From assembly GCA_002189035.1 (NCBI GenBank), contig NEEC01000020.1, positions 372,001 through 436,000 of the forward strand: a stretch of DNA of 64,000 nt, given 5' to 3'. Shown here piece after piece: positions 15,280 through 33,763 of this stretch. This DNA comes from Utricularia gibba. Its lineage: Eukaryota; Plantae; Magnoliophyta. The notes beneath the pieces are model-generated. The model saw nothing but the letters and a program-made list of their open reading frames with translations. It did no database searches and was not told the DNA's origin. Each line of letters opens with the position of its first letter. Position 1 is the stretch's first letter. The position numbers and the translations under genes were made by a program.

Positions 15280-16583
15280 TGTGTATCAATCTAAGATCGA
15301 TTCAGAGGCCTGCGATGAAATTCCTGCGGAGATAGGTGAAGGCCGCCGTCTCGTGGAACATATATCAAAACCCTAGACATCAACATGTGACTACGGCCCA
15401 TTAATGACATAATTGGGCCGATTCTTACATGGCCCAGTTCCGAATTTTTCAATTCGAGAAAATCTCTCTATTTATTAAATATAATATAATAATAAATGAG
15501 TTTGATTTAGCTCAAATTTTATGACCTTTTTGGAGGTGTTTATGTTCCTCTAAAATCTTTTGAAAATATTTTTATTATAAAAAACGAAGAAATTCTATTC
15601 CCACAAAATATAGAAACAAATAAAATTTATTGATTTTAATATTTTTCAAATTTTTTTTTCAAAATTGGTTTTACATAATTTTAATATAATAAAATTAAAC
15701 ACTAAATTCAATATTTAAAAAAATAAATTTGATTCATAAAAATTTAACTATTCAAAAGAAAAGGAATGGTTATTTTTGTTCAAATTTTTAAATTGATTTT
15801 ATTTTAATTTTTATAAATTTTATTTTTGAACTATTCGATAATAAAATTAGAAATTTAGATTTTATAATTAAATTTAAAAATTATTGAATTTATTAAATAT
15901 TCGTTTAGTGATTAGATTCTACAATAATTTAATTTATTAAATTTTATAATATATTATTTAATATTAAAAATTATATATTTAATTTTTAAAAATAAAACCT
16001 ACCATATCCATATCTATTTCTATATGATAAATTAAATAAAAACATATAATATTATCATTTCGATTATTCAATTTTTCCAATTTAAGTTTTTTACTTTGAA
16101 GAGAAAAAAATTATAAAAAATTAACAAAATCTCTCTATTTAAATACATATATTATTTTGTGCCTAATCAACATGGAATACGTTACAAGGTATTATTAATA
16201 ATCGGATTTGGATTTTTAATTTTTTTCATTTGAATTTTAATTTTTTGGTTTAAATGAGTGATTCCACCCACAGGCACCAAATATCTCTGGTATGCTTGTC
16301 GTCACCCTCATTGACAGAATATCTTTGTCGTTTTGCTAACGCGCTTCCTCCTTACAAAAATATCATCCAAGAACTTCAATAAATATCTCACCAAATCCCC
16401 CGACAAATATCTCAACTGTCTCCCTCTCCCCCTTCCTCCTCCTCTCTTCGAATCTCCTCCTCTCTTGGGATCTATCAGTTCCAGAGGCTCGCATGTTCTG
16501 GTAAGAATGATTCCCTTTCCGCATCTCAGCCCCTCCCTCTTCGTAATGCTCGTGCTTCTGGTAATAACGCTGCAGGGGCATCA

Positions 16584-17056
16584 ATGGTGAAGAGTCTCCG
16601 TCGTCTTCCCCGGCAGCTCCTCGACTCCACGTTCACCGTCACGCCGTCCCTGATCAACTCGACCACCACAGGGGACTCCAATGGCGGGACGAGCTTCGAC
16701 ACCCAGATGGTCATAATTTTGATCGCGCTGCTCTGTGCACTGATATGCGCCACCGGGCTGACTTCGATCATCCGCTGCACGCTTCGCCTCTCCCGGAGAG
16801 TCTCCAGCGACGCCGGAGGGAGTTGCCGGCGGTCGCCCCGAAGAAGGACGACTTCAGCTGGATTCCGGTGGTGGTCTACAGGCCGGTAGATATTGCGGCG
16901 ACGGAGTGCCCCATTTGCTTGGCGGAGTTCCTCGAAGGTGAAGACGTCAGGATTTTGCCGAGGTGCAATCATGGGTTCCATGCCAAGTGTGTTGCTAAGT
17001 GGCTTGCTCTGCATTCCTCGTGCCCCACTTGTAGACAGCTTCTCGTCAAAGCGTAG
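16584..17056 (+). CDS. ATL-family RING-H2 E3 ligase, split by a 1-nt frameshift near 16818-16820
   Basis: Frame 1 carries the hydrophobic TM segment ([28 protein letters not shown]). The next frame carries [29 protein letters not shown] and SSCPTCR. Confidence 0.85.
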
Positions 17057-18778
17057 GTTTGGTAGGTGGGGAGGAGCCGCTGCGGCGGGGCGCCTCTCCG
17101 GCCGGCCGGGGTATCGAATCGTATTCGGAATGAGTATGTGAAGTGTAGCATTCCCGAACAAGAAGATATTTTCCATGTAGGGACGAAGTCAATTGTCTCT
17201 AGCCGGTGACTTGTTTTTTTTTTTTTTTCAATTTTTAATTTGAATAATGGATTTTATTAATTTTAAAAAATCATTTATTAGAACAAAATTAACATTATTT
17301 ATGTATAATTATTATACCTTGTATTTTTTAATTTTACTGACATATATTTGATAGCAATATATCAATACCCATAATTTTTTTATTTTTTTACATCGGCATA
17401 TAATTGATATTTCATATCAAATTTCTATAAATATAAAAAATAGTGTGCTATAATTAATCTTCCTATTTAATCATATTAATAGTATACTTAGACTATAAAA
17501 AATATGTTTAATTTAATATTTTAATTGTTGGAGATCGGTATAAATCCAAATAGGTTTTAAGTTGATTGAAAATACAGTATTGTTTTATAAAAAATTTTAA
17601 ATTTATTTTTATTTTTCAAAAAAATAATTTATTTTAAAAACAATATTAATTATTTAATATATTTTACCAAAAATACTTTTAAAACTATATTATAATTTTT
17701 TTTGGAAAACTAAAAAATAGATTAATTTTAATTATTATTTCTACTTTTCTAAAATTATTTTGAAAAAAATAAAAATAAATTCCAAAAAATTTTCACAACA
17801 TTACTTAAACCCTTTTTATCATGAAAGTATTTTAGAGTTAAAAATGTTAGATTAGATTATTGAATTTTTTTATTTTATTTTTGTTAGATTATATTCCACT
17901 GCTTGTGTAATTTAAATGTTGGATATTTATACATTACCAATCAGTAAAGAAATGTGGATTTTTCATGTCAATCATATTCTTATAGATTTTGCTTTCATCA
18001 AATAAGAATTATTAAGCATCTATCTTTTTAAAGATTTAATCTTTATTAGATTAACATTAATATGCTATATTCTTTTTTTAATTTAATCTAATATTTATAA
18101 AAAAAATTAAGAAATTCAAAAAAACTGGAAATCTTAGATTTTGATAATTCTATGATTAATTCGATTAAAAAAATTAGTGCAGAATAAAATATGAAATTTG
18201 TATTATAAACCAATAAATTCATTTTTTATGAAGGAAAGCGCAACCCAAAACAAAAAGGGGCTCCTGGCCTGGGCCCGATCCAAAACGGCGCTATTTCGTT
18301 CATAAGTTCTGCAAAGCGAAGAGCGAAGGCGTTGGGGGTACGTACTGTGGCGGATCTACGGTGACCGATGGTTTCTTCTCTCGCGTCTTCGTCGGAACTC
18401 GTGGTGGTTCTGCCTAATGAGTTGGGGGAGAATTCGAACTTGAAGTCATCTTGAAGAGAATCGCAATCCGAATAGCGAAAGTTGAAGGGAGAAGAATTCG
18501 AAACCTAGGATTCGGCGAAAGCTTCTGCAATTGGCAATTGAGGTGTGGATTTCTTGGTTTTGTTTTTGTGTAAGAAGTTGTGTTTTTTGTGCATTTTACG
18601 ATTCGAGCAGCCATAGCGTTTCTGTTGTGTTTGGGGAAAGCAAAATGAAGATTGTTGTGCGAATTTTTTTCGCGCTGTGAATTATGTGCGCTCGTTTGTG
18701 TTGCTTGGGAATTGTGTTTTTCTGTTAATCCTGTTGATGCGTTTGTTTGAATTCCCTGGTCCAGTTAACGGAATTGGA

Positions 18779-23848
<5,070 letters not shown>

Positions 23849-25312
23849 AGAGTGAATATCCGCCGTTGAGTTGCCTTCTCAGCTGTGCAAGCAAGTGATC
23901 GATCATCCGGTTTGTTCTACTCCGATCCAACACATTTTTTTCGGCTGCGTTTTCGTGTTCCAGTTGATCCATGGGTTTATTCCGTACGAGAAATGCCACC
24001 GACATGATTTCTACTGAGGATTGCTTTCTATTCAGACAATTCTTGGCGTTTCCCTCTTCAGGTTTTCTTTTTTCTTTTTTTTTTGCAACAAATATTTTAT
24101 TCGAAATAATTAAGATTTTTTTTCGGATTAAAATTAATTTTTCGAATTGTTTTGTGAAGTTAAAAATCTGCCTTTTATCAAATGAGCTTGGAAACGGCCC
24201 AAACTCAGGATACAGGGTATTTTGGTAATTTCAGTATGTAAAACCCTAGCTATGTAAACTCACGAGCCGTTTTTCCTATGAATTCTGCGGTAGAGGTTTG
24301 AGTCTCTCGTTTCCGCGTCCAGCGACGATTTTTTAACGAGTAGTTCAGTTCTCTCTTCTTGTTTCTGTATCTTTCTGAATGTTTAACCGCGCCGTGCACA
24401 ATAAGCCGATGCTCTGGAATGATTGAGGATGAAGGAAGCATGGTAATGTGCACGGAGAACAATTTGGTCGCCATGTCTGTCCTCTTTGATTTCTGTAACA
24501 ACATGATCTGAGGGCCTGGTTTAGACCTACACTTCCAATTGCGATTTTTCCCCCAAATCTGAAACCCTAGAATTTTTTCCGACTCACTTCATCCCTCTCC
24601 GCAACAGCATGTGCATCTCTCAGACCTTCGCTCCCTTCCCAATTGCGATTTGTCCTTTAATCTGAAACCCTAACATTATTTTCATAAAATAATGAAAATT
24701 GTATATATGAACGGGCGATCGAAGGTAAAATAATTTTTTAGTTAATGATTTTTAAATATTGAATATTAAAATGGAAAGGTGATAGTAAGAATAATGAAAT
24801 ATTTTTGGTATTTTTGTATTTGAAATGATAAATGGTATAATTGTGATAGTAAGAGTCATAAAAATTAATTTGGCATAAAAAATAAGGTTTAATTTTTAGG
24901 ACTATTCTTGTTATTTTAAAAAAATATTAAATCATTTTAATTTAGAAATTAATTTTATTATATAAAAATAGTAAAAATTAAATATGTTTGATTTTTAAAT
25001 TGTATTATAACAAAATAAATATGTCAAGTTTAATCTATATATAGACAAGTTCAAGTGAGCATGGCACATTGAGGCATGAAATCGTTAAAAACGGTTATGG
25101 AGGTTGGAGGAGATGCAACGTGGAGGGCTGTGTTGATCCACTCAGCCGAAAACAAAGGCAAAAGAACAGAGGTTATTTACTGGAATGGAGATGGAGTTTT
25201 CAAGATTTGCTTGTCATACCCCAGATTCGGAAGCGATCAAAGGTGAGAAATTTCCTTGTCATTCTGCACTGCTTGATGTTGCTGATGATGGATGGGTTCG
25301 TAATCATTCAGC

Positions 25313-26285
25313 ATGGATCATGAAGGCAGCGAGTTGCCCACCGGAGATGGTGGAGATGGCGGTTTCCATCTACTGGGAGCCCAGAATCCGCTGCGCTGCG
25401 CTCTTCCCGGTGGCAAAAGTGGTGCTTTCTACACTCTGTGAACATCCCTTTTCTTGATGTGATTGGTTGGGTGATGCTCCTGCTTCATTCTCAGCTGCGG
25501 ATGTGATTCTGTGGAGGAACAAGCAGATTTCAGCAGCGGTGCTGGCTGGTTCCACAGTCATATGGCTGCTATTTGAGAGGATCGGCTATCATCTTGTTCC
25601 ATTCATCTGCAACTTCCTCATCCTCTCCATGGCCACTCTCTTCTTGTGGTCCAACCTCTCCTCCTTCATCAACAAGTGAGTTTTTGACACCGGCTGCGTA
25701 TGGAATCTTCGGGTTATGGCTTCATATCATCGCATGTTTCTTCCTCAGGTCACCAGTTAACTTCCCGGAGATCATGCTACCAGAGGAGTTTTGCAACACT
25801 GTGGCTCTTGCTCTGATACATAAAGGCAATGAGGCTGTTGTTACCTTCAGGGAGCTGGCTTCTGGGAAGGATTTGAAGAAGCTGTTCTATGTAAGTCTAT
25901 TTAGACAGTGCATTACCACTCTCCATCATTCATCACTATGTTTAACTAACCTGCAGGCAATTTTTGGTCTGTGGGTGGTGTCTGTTGTTGGTGGCTGGCT
26001 TGACTTCCTGACTATCTTATACATTGGTAAGTGTTCGACCCCGAAATCCACTGTGACAAGTGACAATTTTCCGAAGTAGAAGAGTAACAACATTCATGAA
26101 CATATGTGATTTCAGTATTTGTGATGATATTGACAATGCCACCACTGTATGAAAAGCATGAAGACAGAATCGATTCATATGCGAAGAAGGCGAAAGCAGA
26201 ACTCAAGAGGCGATACAGTTCTCTGGATGAAAAGGTTCTCCAGAAACTACCAAGACTTCCATCATGGAAACAAAAGGAGTACTGA
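25313..26285 (+). CDS. RTNLB: Reticulon-like protein (RTNLB); spliced
   Basis: MDHEGSELP...ALPGGK|TADVILWRNKQISAAVL / SPVNFPEIML / AIFGLWVVSVVG / TMPPLYEKHEDRIDSYA...KQKEY*. GT-AG introns are consistent. Confidence 0.9.
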
Positions 26286-26562
26286 CAGATGATCATCTTG
26301 GTTTAGTGCTCTTAGCATTAACAGTCACATAGTGTCTCAATTTTTGCTGTTTATCCTTTCCAAATAACTTATATCATCTTGTATTCAGAAACATGATATT
26401 CAACTATTGGAATGATTCTCTATTGTCCACAATAGATAATCTTTAAACACAGAACTACCATGTCGAAGCAGAGCAGCTCAACATTGTCATTCACCATATC
26501 TGAAATTCCTTGAACTCACTACAGAGGAAAAAATGTAACAAAAACTGAATGGAAATCCTTCT

Positions 26563-27568
26563 TCATACCTTGGAGGGGAGATAGGGATCCCACCATCCAG
26601 ATTCGTACTTTGGGTATGGAGCAGTCCAGTTCTGAGGCTTCTCGAATTCAAGACTAACAGGGGGGTTGGAAGCTAATGCTTCTTCCAAAGTGTCGGCTTC
26701 AAAGTTGCTCTCTAAGACTCTGTCTAGTCTCAACTTCATGAACCTGCATCATATACACACATAGGATAAGAGTGCACTCTGTCTAGAAAAACTAGAAGGT
26801 AAAGAAAACCAGATGTATGGAAAAGTGATTCTACTGTTAATGGATCGGCTCCAGCATTTTGTTTATCTAGTGGTATCTAAAGAGGGCAGTAAGAGACACT
26901 AGTATAACTGTAAAAGCAGCTAAAAAAACACATTTGTCACTGAATGCAGTTATTACCTTATCCAAGTGGCATTAGTGGAGACAAGAGCAACAGCTGGTCT
27001 CTTGAGTCTCTTGGTGATTTCAGGAAACTTGTCCAAGAACTTGGGTTCAATCACAAGCCAGAAATCCTGTTCTTTGTTCCGCTCACCGTAGTTCCTGAGG
27101 CGCTCAGCCATTAACTCCTGGAAATGCTCCTCATCATCCAGCATAAACTTGGCATTCGCCACAACAAAATGATACTTGGTAGTGATCCCAGCTTCCACCA
27201 CTTCCTGTTCTCCCCAAAACACAATCAAAAAGCATTCTTTAATCCACCACATACTCCCTATTACCCATCAAGTTATGTTTTCTAGAACCACTTTCCATCC
27301 CCTAAAACAGATCCCATTCCAAGTAAAAGAAAAAAACGATGCACAAAATAATCCCACTTGCCTTTTCAGCAGGATCGGAGTAATCAACAGCTGAAGCAGC
27401 TCTGGGCACAGAAATTGGAGATCTCCAGCCGCAGCTTGTGATGGGTTTCAATGATTTCAAGGAAGAGCTAGGTGGGGAAAGAAGCAGAAGTTTGCATTGG
27501 CTTTGTTTCGAAGAAATCGGGACCTGGGCACCGAAAGAGATAACATTAAGAGGTGAAGACGCCGACAT
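26563..27568 (-). CDS. YCF54: Ycf54/LCAA, chloroplast Mg-protoporphyrin monomethylester cyclase auxiliary factor; spliced
   Basis: Transit-peptide-like exon; then TKYHFVVANAKFMLDDEEHFQE...QDFWLVIEPKFLDKFP...ALVSTN..WI / FMKLRLDRV...WTAPYPKYESGWWDPYL*. Confidence 0.93.
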
Positions 27569-27971
27569 CGCCGTGAAACTCCCCTTCACTGAATCTGATG
27601 AAGCATGAACTACAAGAAGAAGTTGGCGCAAAACGAAGAAGAAAAACCAGGCAATCTTATCCTTATCCTCAACAAAGAACCCATTTTACATTTTCGCATA
27701 ATAAAAAAATATACAAAATAATCGGAAAAAATTGTACCAATCAGAATTCGACAATATAAATTCTCTTTTTTACTTTGTTTTCTTTTTTTTTCAACAAAAT
27801 TGTTGTACCTGAACCCTAATTTCGGTCCTTTGCAGCAGGTGCAACCTCCTCGCCTTCGCCTGGGCGGCGATCGGAGTATGAGAGAGACCTGCATTTGCAG
27901 GCTTTTGGTATGATCGGCAGGAGTTCAAGTTTTCTGTTCTCGTGCTGAAGGAAAACAATTTCTGAATCAGA

Positions 27972-29084
27972 ATGCCTGAGAACGACGGCGTCAACCCAGC
28001 GGCTGCCGGAGCTGGAGCCACACATGTGAAGCGATACTCTCCTCCTAACCAGCGGTTTGAGTGATGATTCGTTTATTTGTCTTATTCTTAAGCTTTTTTT
28101 AAATTTGGGAATAAAATTGGCTATTTGGTGAAGGAATTGGTCGCATGGTCGGCGTAAATCCTCAGGAGGTAGATTTTTTCAATTATATGCGTTTTGGTGG
28201 CGGTTACCTAAGATTTTGTCTCATGCTCGGCGTACATCCCCTTTCAGGGAACATATGTGAACTAAATTTATGCTGTTCATCTTCGTATTTCGACAGATGG
28301 ATATGAACGAGGGAACAGAGGAAATGATGGTGGCAGAATCTTGGTTGGCTCTAAAAGTGGTTCCCTGCAAGATATTGGTGGATATAACCCGGGGAACTAT
28401 TCGTCTGGTGAAAACCCTTCTGAGAAATTGATACCTTTGCAAGGATGTTGCAACAGTGGAGCGTCTGAGCTTTTAAACAATCGTATTGACTCTTCTTTAC
28501 CTTTCTGCCTGATTTATTTGAATGTTAATGGCCGTTACCGGAATAAATAGAGAGGTTTGAATCCATGATAAGTTATGAGACCCAATGGAACTCCATGCGG
28601 CAACTTCTTGGCATGGTTTTGTGTCAGCTGCGTTGATGTTACTTGCATCAAGAATTTCTTCCCTTTTTGCAGGTTGGGCTGCTGCCATGAGTGCATATAA
28701 CAACTTGCCAGAAGACTCCCCAGGTATGATGCGACGCAGTAATTTCATTCATACTTGTATGATTCATCTACCATTTCCTGTAAATTTATGAGCTGGGTCC
28801 TTGACTCAATCGCTTGTGTTTATCAGAAAGGCCCGTCATGTATAGGAGTAATGCCTCTCCATGGGGTCAAAGGCTGCTTCCCCATCTGGTATGTCGATGA
28901 GAGTAGCATTACAGCATTTGGCATATGCGACTCTTGCTACTTTACTTTCATTTCTGAGTATCTGCCAGATACCCATCGCGTTCATTATTTCCAGATTATT
29001 AACCAAACTGGTGGGACTTCTGCCGGTACGCAGCAAGATTTCTTGACCGAGCTGCGACAGGCAATGAAGATTCAAAAACCGTGA
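27972..29084 (+). CDS. Conserved plant protein of unknown function; spliced
   Basis: Coherent exon chain: MPENDG...KRYSPPNQR|NWSHGRRKSSG / LIPLQGCCNSGASELLNN / RWAAAMSAYNN..P / ERPVMY..SPWG / DFLTELRQAMK. Junctions are canonical GT-AG and in frame. Confidence 0.75.
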
Positions 29085-29463
29085 TGGGTACAAAATGCTC
29101 TTTCACATAGAAACTTCTTCCATGTTGTGGATTCAACTCAATTGTATCAAAAGATTCTGCTGCTCCTTCTGATCCATACTCTATTAACTTAGTTGTTTCT
29201 CTGCCACTTGGTTATGGTTCAATAATAAATGTTTCAGCTTAACTTCACATCACATCCATGCTAACTGATGCATAATACTGGACTTCCCATACTCCATTCT
29301 ATGACTTCAGAATCAATATCACATTCTCTGGTTACAGCGGCATGTGGGGAAACTTTCTTGCCTTTTATTTCCAAGTCGTACTAACAGGGCATGGTTTGGG
29401 CCAAAATGGATGGAGATCTGTGTGAATCTCTTTGCCTTTCAGAAGCCGGTCAGAGGATAGACA

Positions 29464-32400
29464 TCACGCTTGCGATGTGGAGGCATCCTTTCTTCCAGTA
29501 CCATCTATTTGTATCCCATCAGATGAGCCTCCCTTAAAGGAGCCTTTGAAAGAGCCCCCCTTAAAGGACGCACCAGCCAGCCCTTTCTTCTTCTTGGCGT
29601 TCTGAGCCCAGCCTACAAGACTAACTTGCACATGCTCATCAAATATGACCTTCTTGAAGTGCGTTCCCATCTTCAGGCCAAAGAAGCAGTGTCAGGTACC
29701 TTATCAGATGCAAGGACTCTAGAATTCTAACCCTCACCTGTGTGACCAGAGCATAGAGCGGCAGTGTGCTGTGGCTGCAGAGCACCTGAATGAACACACT
29801 GAAGAGCAGAGGAATCAAAATCAGGTAAATGTGGGTGATGAAATGGAGCAGAGGAAGGGGAGCATACGCAACAACGAGCCGAACAATAATGTAGGGAAGT
29901 CTCCCCATTATGCAGGACTGGAATCCAAACTGAACCTGCAGATGCAGCAAGAATGTGAGCACAAGGGACACACGTTGAGCTGTTTAAGATGGCTTCCTTA
30001 CCCAGACCCAGAAGGTGAATGCAATCTCAAAGGCGTTCTGAAAGAGGATAAAATGGATGAGTTTGAGTACGAGCTGAGGCCGGTTGAACCAGAAGTGATC
30101 ATCAGAGGGCTGCACCACCAGCTCTCCCTCCACAGCTACATTCCTCTCTGCAACCTCGTGAGCCAGCCGAGTGATCACATGCTCCAGTTTGGCCCCAACC
30201 GCCAGCAGAAGCTGAGCATCAACAATGAGCTTCCATGTCTGATGCAAAAGCAACCAAACGGAAGAAGGAATGCAATACCCACAACTAGAGGGAGGAATGC
30301 CAGCCAGAAGTACAAGTGCCACCCTGCACCAAATCCCCCACTGGCATCAACCAAAAAGGTTCAAAACTCTCTTCCACCCCTTTTTTTTAACCATTTTCTG
30401 CTTACCATCGATGTTGAGCAGCAGGAAGATGACCACGAACACCCACAGCAGCCAACTGCAGCAGAAAAGAAGCAGCATCATGCAAGAGATTTACATTACA
30501 CAGCAAAGCTCGAATTCGATCCGGTTCAACCGCAAGCAGACACAGACACACAGCATTTGAGTGATTTTCAAAGAGTCAGTTGGTGCTGCTTACTGAATCC
30601 CCACCACCTTCTTGAAGTCATCCTCCAGCGCTCTCATGACGTAGTTGTGGAAGTTGAACTTGGGGTTCCCCCGGCAGTGCATCTGAAGCACAACAGAAGG
30701 AGGATCATTTGCAAATCTGATCATCCTACAGGGAATGTGGTTGAGTCCGTCCGTACCATTATGAAGCCATGCCGGAGAGTCGTGTAATCGGCTTCCGTGA
30801 CCGATGCATGGAATTGCTTAAAAAACGCCACCTGAAAAATCACACCAACCCACCCCCTTTTTACTATTTTTTCTATAAAAAAATAAATAAATGAATATTT
30901 TAATTGAAAAATCCGTACCGTCCAAGCCCCCATGGCAGAGCCTTTGCCGAAGCCTGTAAACCGCTTCTTTATGAACTCGTTCTCATGAACGTGCGTCACC
31001 ATCGGCCTAAGAGCTGCATCCTCCAAATAAATATCATTATTTATTTACATATTTAAATATATGTATATTTTAGAAAGTATTTCATAGTATAATATATAAA
31101 ATTTATACTGGAATTTACACATAAATCATTGTTTGATTAATTAATATATATATGTATCATATCAATCATATACTTATTTTTTCAGTATGTTTGTGGTAAC
31201 ACACATAATCATACTTCTATTTTAAGATATCAAATGTTATATATAATTAAATATATATGTAACTAATTATATTATATTTAAAATATACTAATATTTTAAT
31301 ATATAGTGATTTTTTAGAATTACGTCTAATTAAATGGGTTTTTATTATTTTCTATTTATTTAAATATATTTATCAAACATAATATTATTTTTAAAAAATA
31401 TTTATAGAATCTATATATTAAATATATTTTCAATTTTAATTATATAATCATAAATAATTTAAATAATTAAACTAAATTATCAAAAGTTTCTACACTTAAA
31501 CATATATTTATAATAATTAATTATATGATTATCTATTTAAAACAAAGTAATTCAATATTAAATTAATTTATCAAACATTTTCCTAATATTTTTATTAACA
31601 AAATGAAATAATAATTTATTAAAAAAATAGCACCTTGCTGAGAGCCGTACTTTTCTTGAACGATGGAGTCTTCCCACTTCTTCCATTCCCTTATCTGGCA
31701 AAGAAGCGCATCCGTCACATTCGTTCTTCATCAAGCTGCGTTACGGCGGTCGGAGATCGGAGTCGTACCTTGGCGATCCCGATTAAGGCCGTCAGGACGG
31801 AGTACACCACATGGACGATCGCGAGGAAGAATATGAAGTTGTGCAACTGATGCAGCGCTTCCACCGGCAGCAATGGCACTTGGCTCTGAGAAGAAAAGAC
31901 AGGGTTTTCAGTTTAGAATCGGGATGTGGGAGCATTCTTTTGATTATGCGGTGGAAATGGCTCACCTTCGCGGCACAGTAGCCACCTGCGGCAGGCTCTT
32001 CTTCTTCTTCAGAAGGCAGTGCACAAGGCAGCAGATGGGTCATGGCGGCCGGATTCACGCAGATCTTGACTACGAAGCTTTGCGACACGGTGAGCAGCAG
32101 GGAAATGAAGCCCAGAAGCATCAGCTCTGCACACACGAGGAGAGTTTGAGTGTGTGTCTGGTGAGTGCATTTCAACGCACGTACCTTCTTGTACTTTGAG
32201 CAGAGCTTCATACAATGGCTTCTGGTTCTTCTTCTTCAGAAACTGCAAACGAAATACTTCATCTCAGAGTAGGCCCATAATCCAAAGAGGATCAGATACT
32301 CGATAGCATGAGAGAAAAAGAGGGAGAAAGTGAGAGGTGAAGAGATTATCAGAGAAGACAGGAGAAGCTACAGTTGATTCCAGGACTCCGCCAAAAGTCT

Positions 32401-32618
32401 TCTTCAGATTCTGCGTCTCTTGCCTTCTCTGATTCTCTCCACAGCTCCCACTTCACCTTCTTCTTCCCGGATACAGTGTTCGATCACGTTACCTTTCCCA
32501 TGTGATGAAGCCCTCGCTCCAGGGCGAGCGAAATTGCGACAAAGACGGTGCAGACGGACGCCACAACCCACGTCGGAGTGTACACCAACGACGTTCCTTC
32601 TTCCGGGCAACCACCCAT
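29464..32618 (-). CDS. MLO: MLO-family 7-TM protein; many exons
   Basis: MGGCPEEGTSLVYTPTWVVASVCTVF; ELMLLGFISLLL; LPVEALHQLHIFIFFL; GTKLEHVITRLAHEV; PSDDHFWFNRP; LFQNAFE; TLPLYALVTQ|MGTHFKKVIFDE. Confidence 0.93.
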
Positions 32619-33119
32619 CTCCGACTTCGCTTGCTTTCAGTTCACAGAAAAGCAGAAGAAGAAGAAGGAGAAGAATGAATGAATGAACCGAACAGTACAG
32701 CTTTCATCTTCTTCAACTAACAAAGCCGATCCCCTCAGTTCATTCAATGCGCTACTCTTCGCCGACCGCCATAGCTCCCCTGACTTCCACCTGGTTAGTC
32801 CACCGTACACTCAGATCAAAACCAAAAGTAACAAAAGCACATTGTATCTAGGATGTATTAGAAAATTAACCCGATAAAAATAATCATAATATGTATAAAA
32901 AATTAATTTTAGTATATGAAAAATAAAAGCAAGATAATTACTTTTCTAAATGGATCTCTGTCCAAAATGATATAACTTCAAATATTAATTTTTTTTACTT
33001 GATATCCATTTTAACTCATTAATCAATAGATTAAGCAATTGATAATTGTAGTTTAACTCGATGGAACATTTCATCTTCATAATGATCGAGATCTTGGAAT
33101 CTTGAATGTGTTTTTGAAT

Positions 33120-33763
33120 TAAAATAGATAATTTTTATGTTTTGAATGTAATTTTAACTAAATCAAAGTTTAATATAAGCATATATAATAAAATAGATAA
33201 TTTTTATGTTTTGAATGTAATTTTAACTAAATCAAAGTTTAATATAAGCATATATAATAAAATAGATAATTTTTATGTTTTGAATGTAATTTTAACTAAA
33301 TCAAAGTTTAATATAAGCATATATAATAAAATAGATAATTTTTATGTTTTGAATGTAATTTTAACTAAATCAAAGTTTAATATAAGCATATATAATAAAA
33401 TAGATAATTTTTATGTTTTGAATGTAATTTTAACTAAATCAAAGTTTAATATAAGCATATATAATAAAATAGATAATTTTTATGTTTTGAATGTAATTTT
33501 AACTAAATCAAAGTTTAATATAAGCATATATAATAAAATAGATAATTTTTATGTTTTGAATGTAATTTTAACTAAATCAAAGTTTAATATAAGCATATAT
33601 AATAAAATAGATAATTTTTATGTTTTGAATGTAATTTTAACTAAATCAAAGTTTAATATAAGCATATATAATAAAATAGATAATTTTTATGTTTTGAATG
33701 TAATTTTAACTAAATCAAAGTTTAATATAAGCATATATAATAAAATAGATAATTTTTATGTTT
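33120..33763. repeat. Perfect 69-bp AT-rich minisatellite, 9 full copies plus a partial copy
   Basis: Unit AAAATAGATAATTTTTATGTTTTGAATGTAATTTTAACTAAATCAAAGTTTAATATAAGCATATATAAT starts at 33121, 33190, 33259, 33328, 33397, 33466, 33535, 33604 and 33673, with a partial copy at 33742. I saw no mismatches and no spacers. Confidence 0.97.

Noticed and set aside
29771-30787. 338-aa plus-strand ORF
   Set aside because: It is an antisense shadow over MLO exons and introns, with no family motifs.
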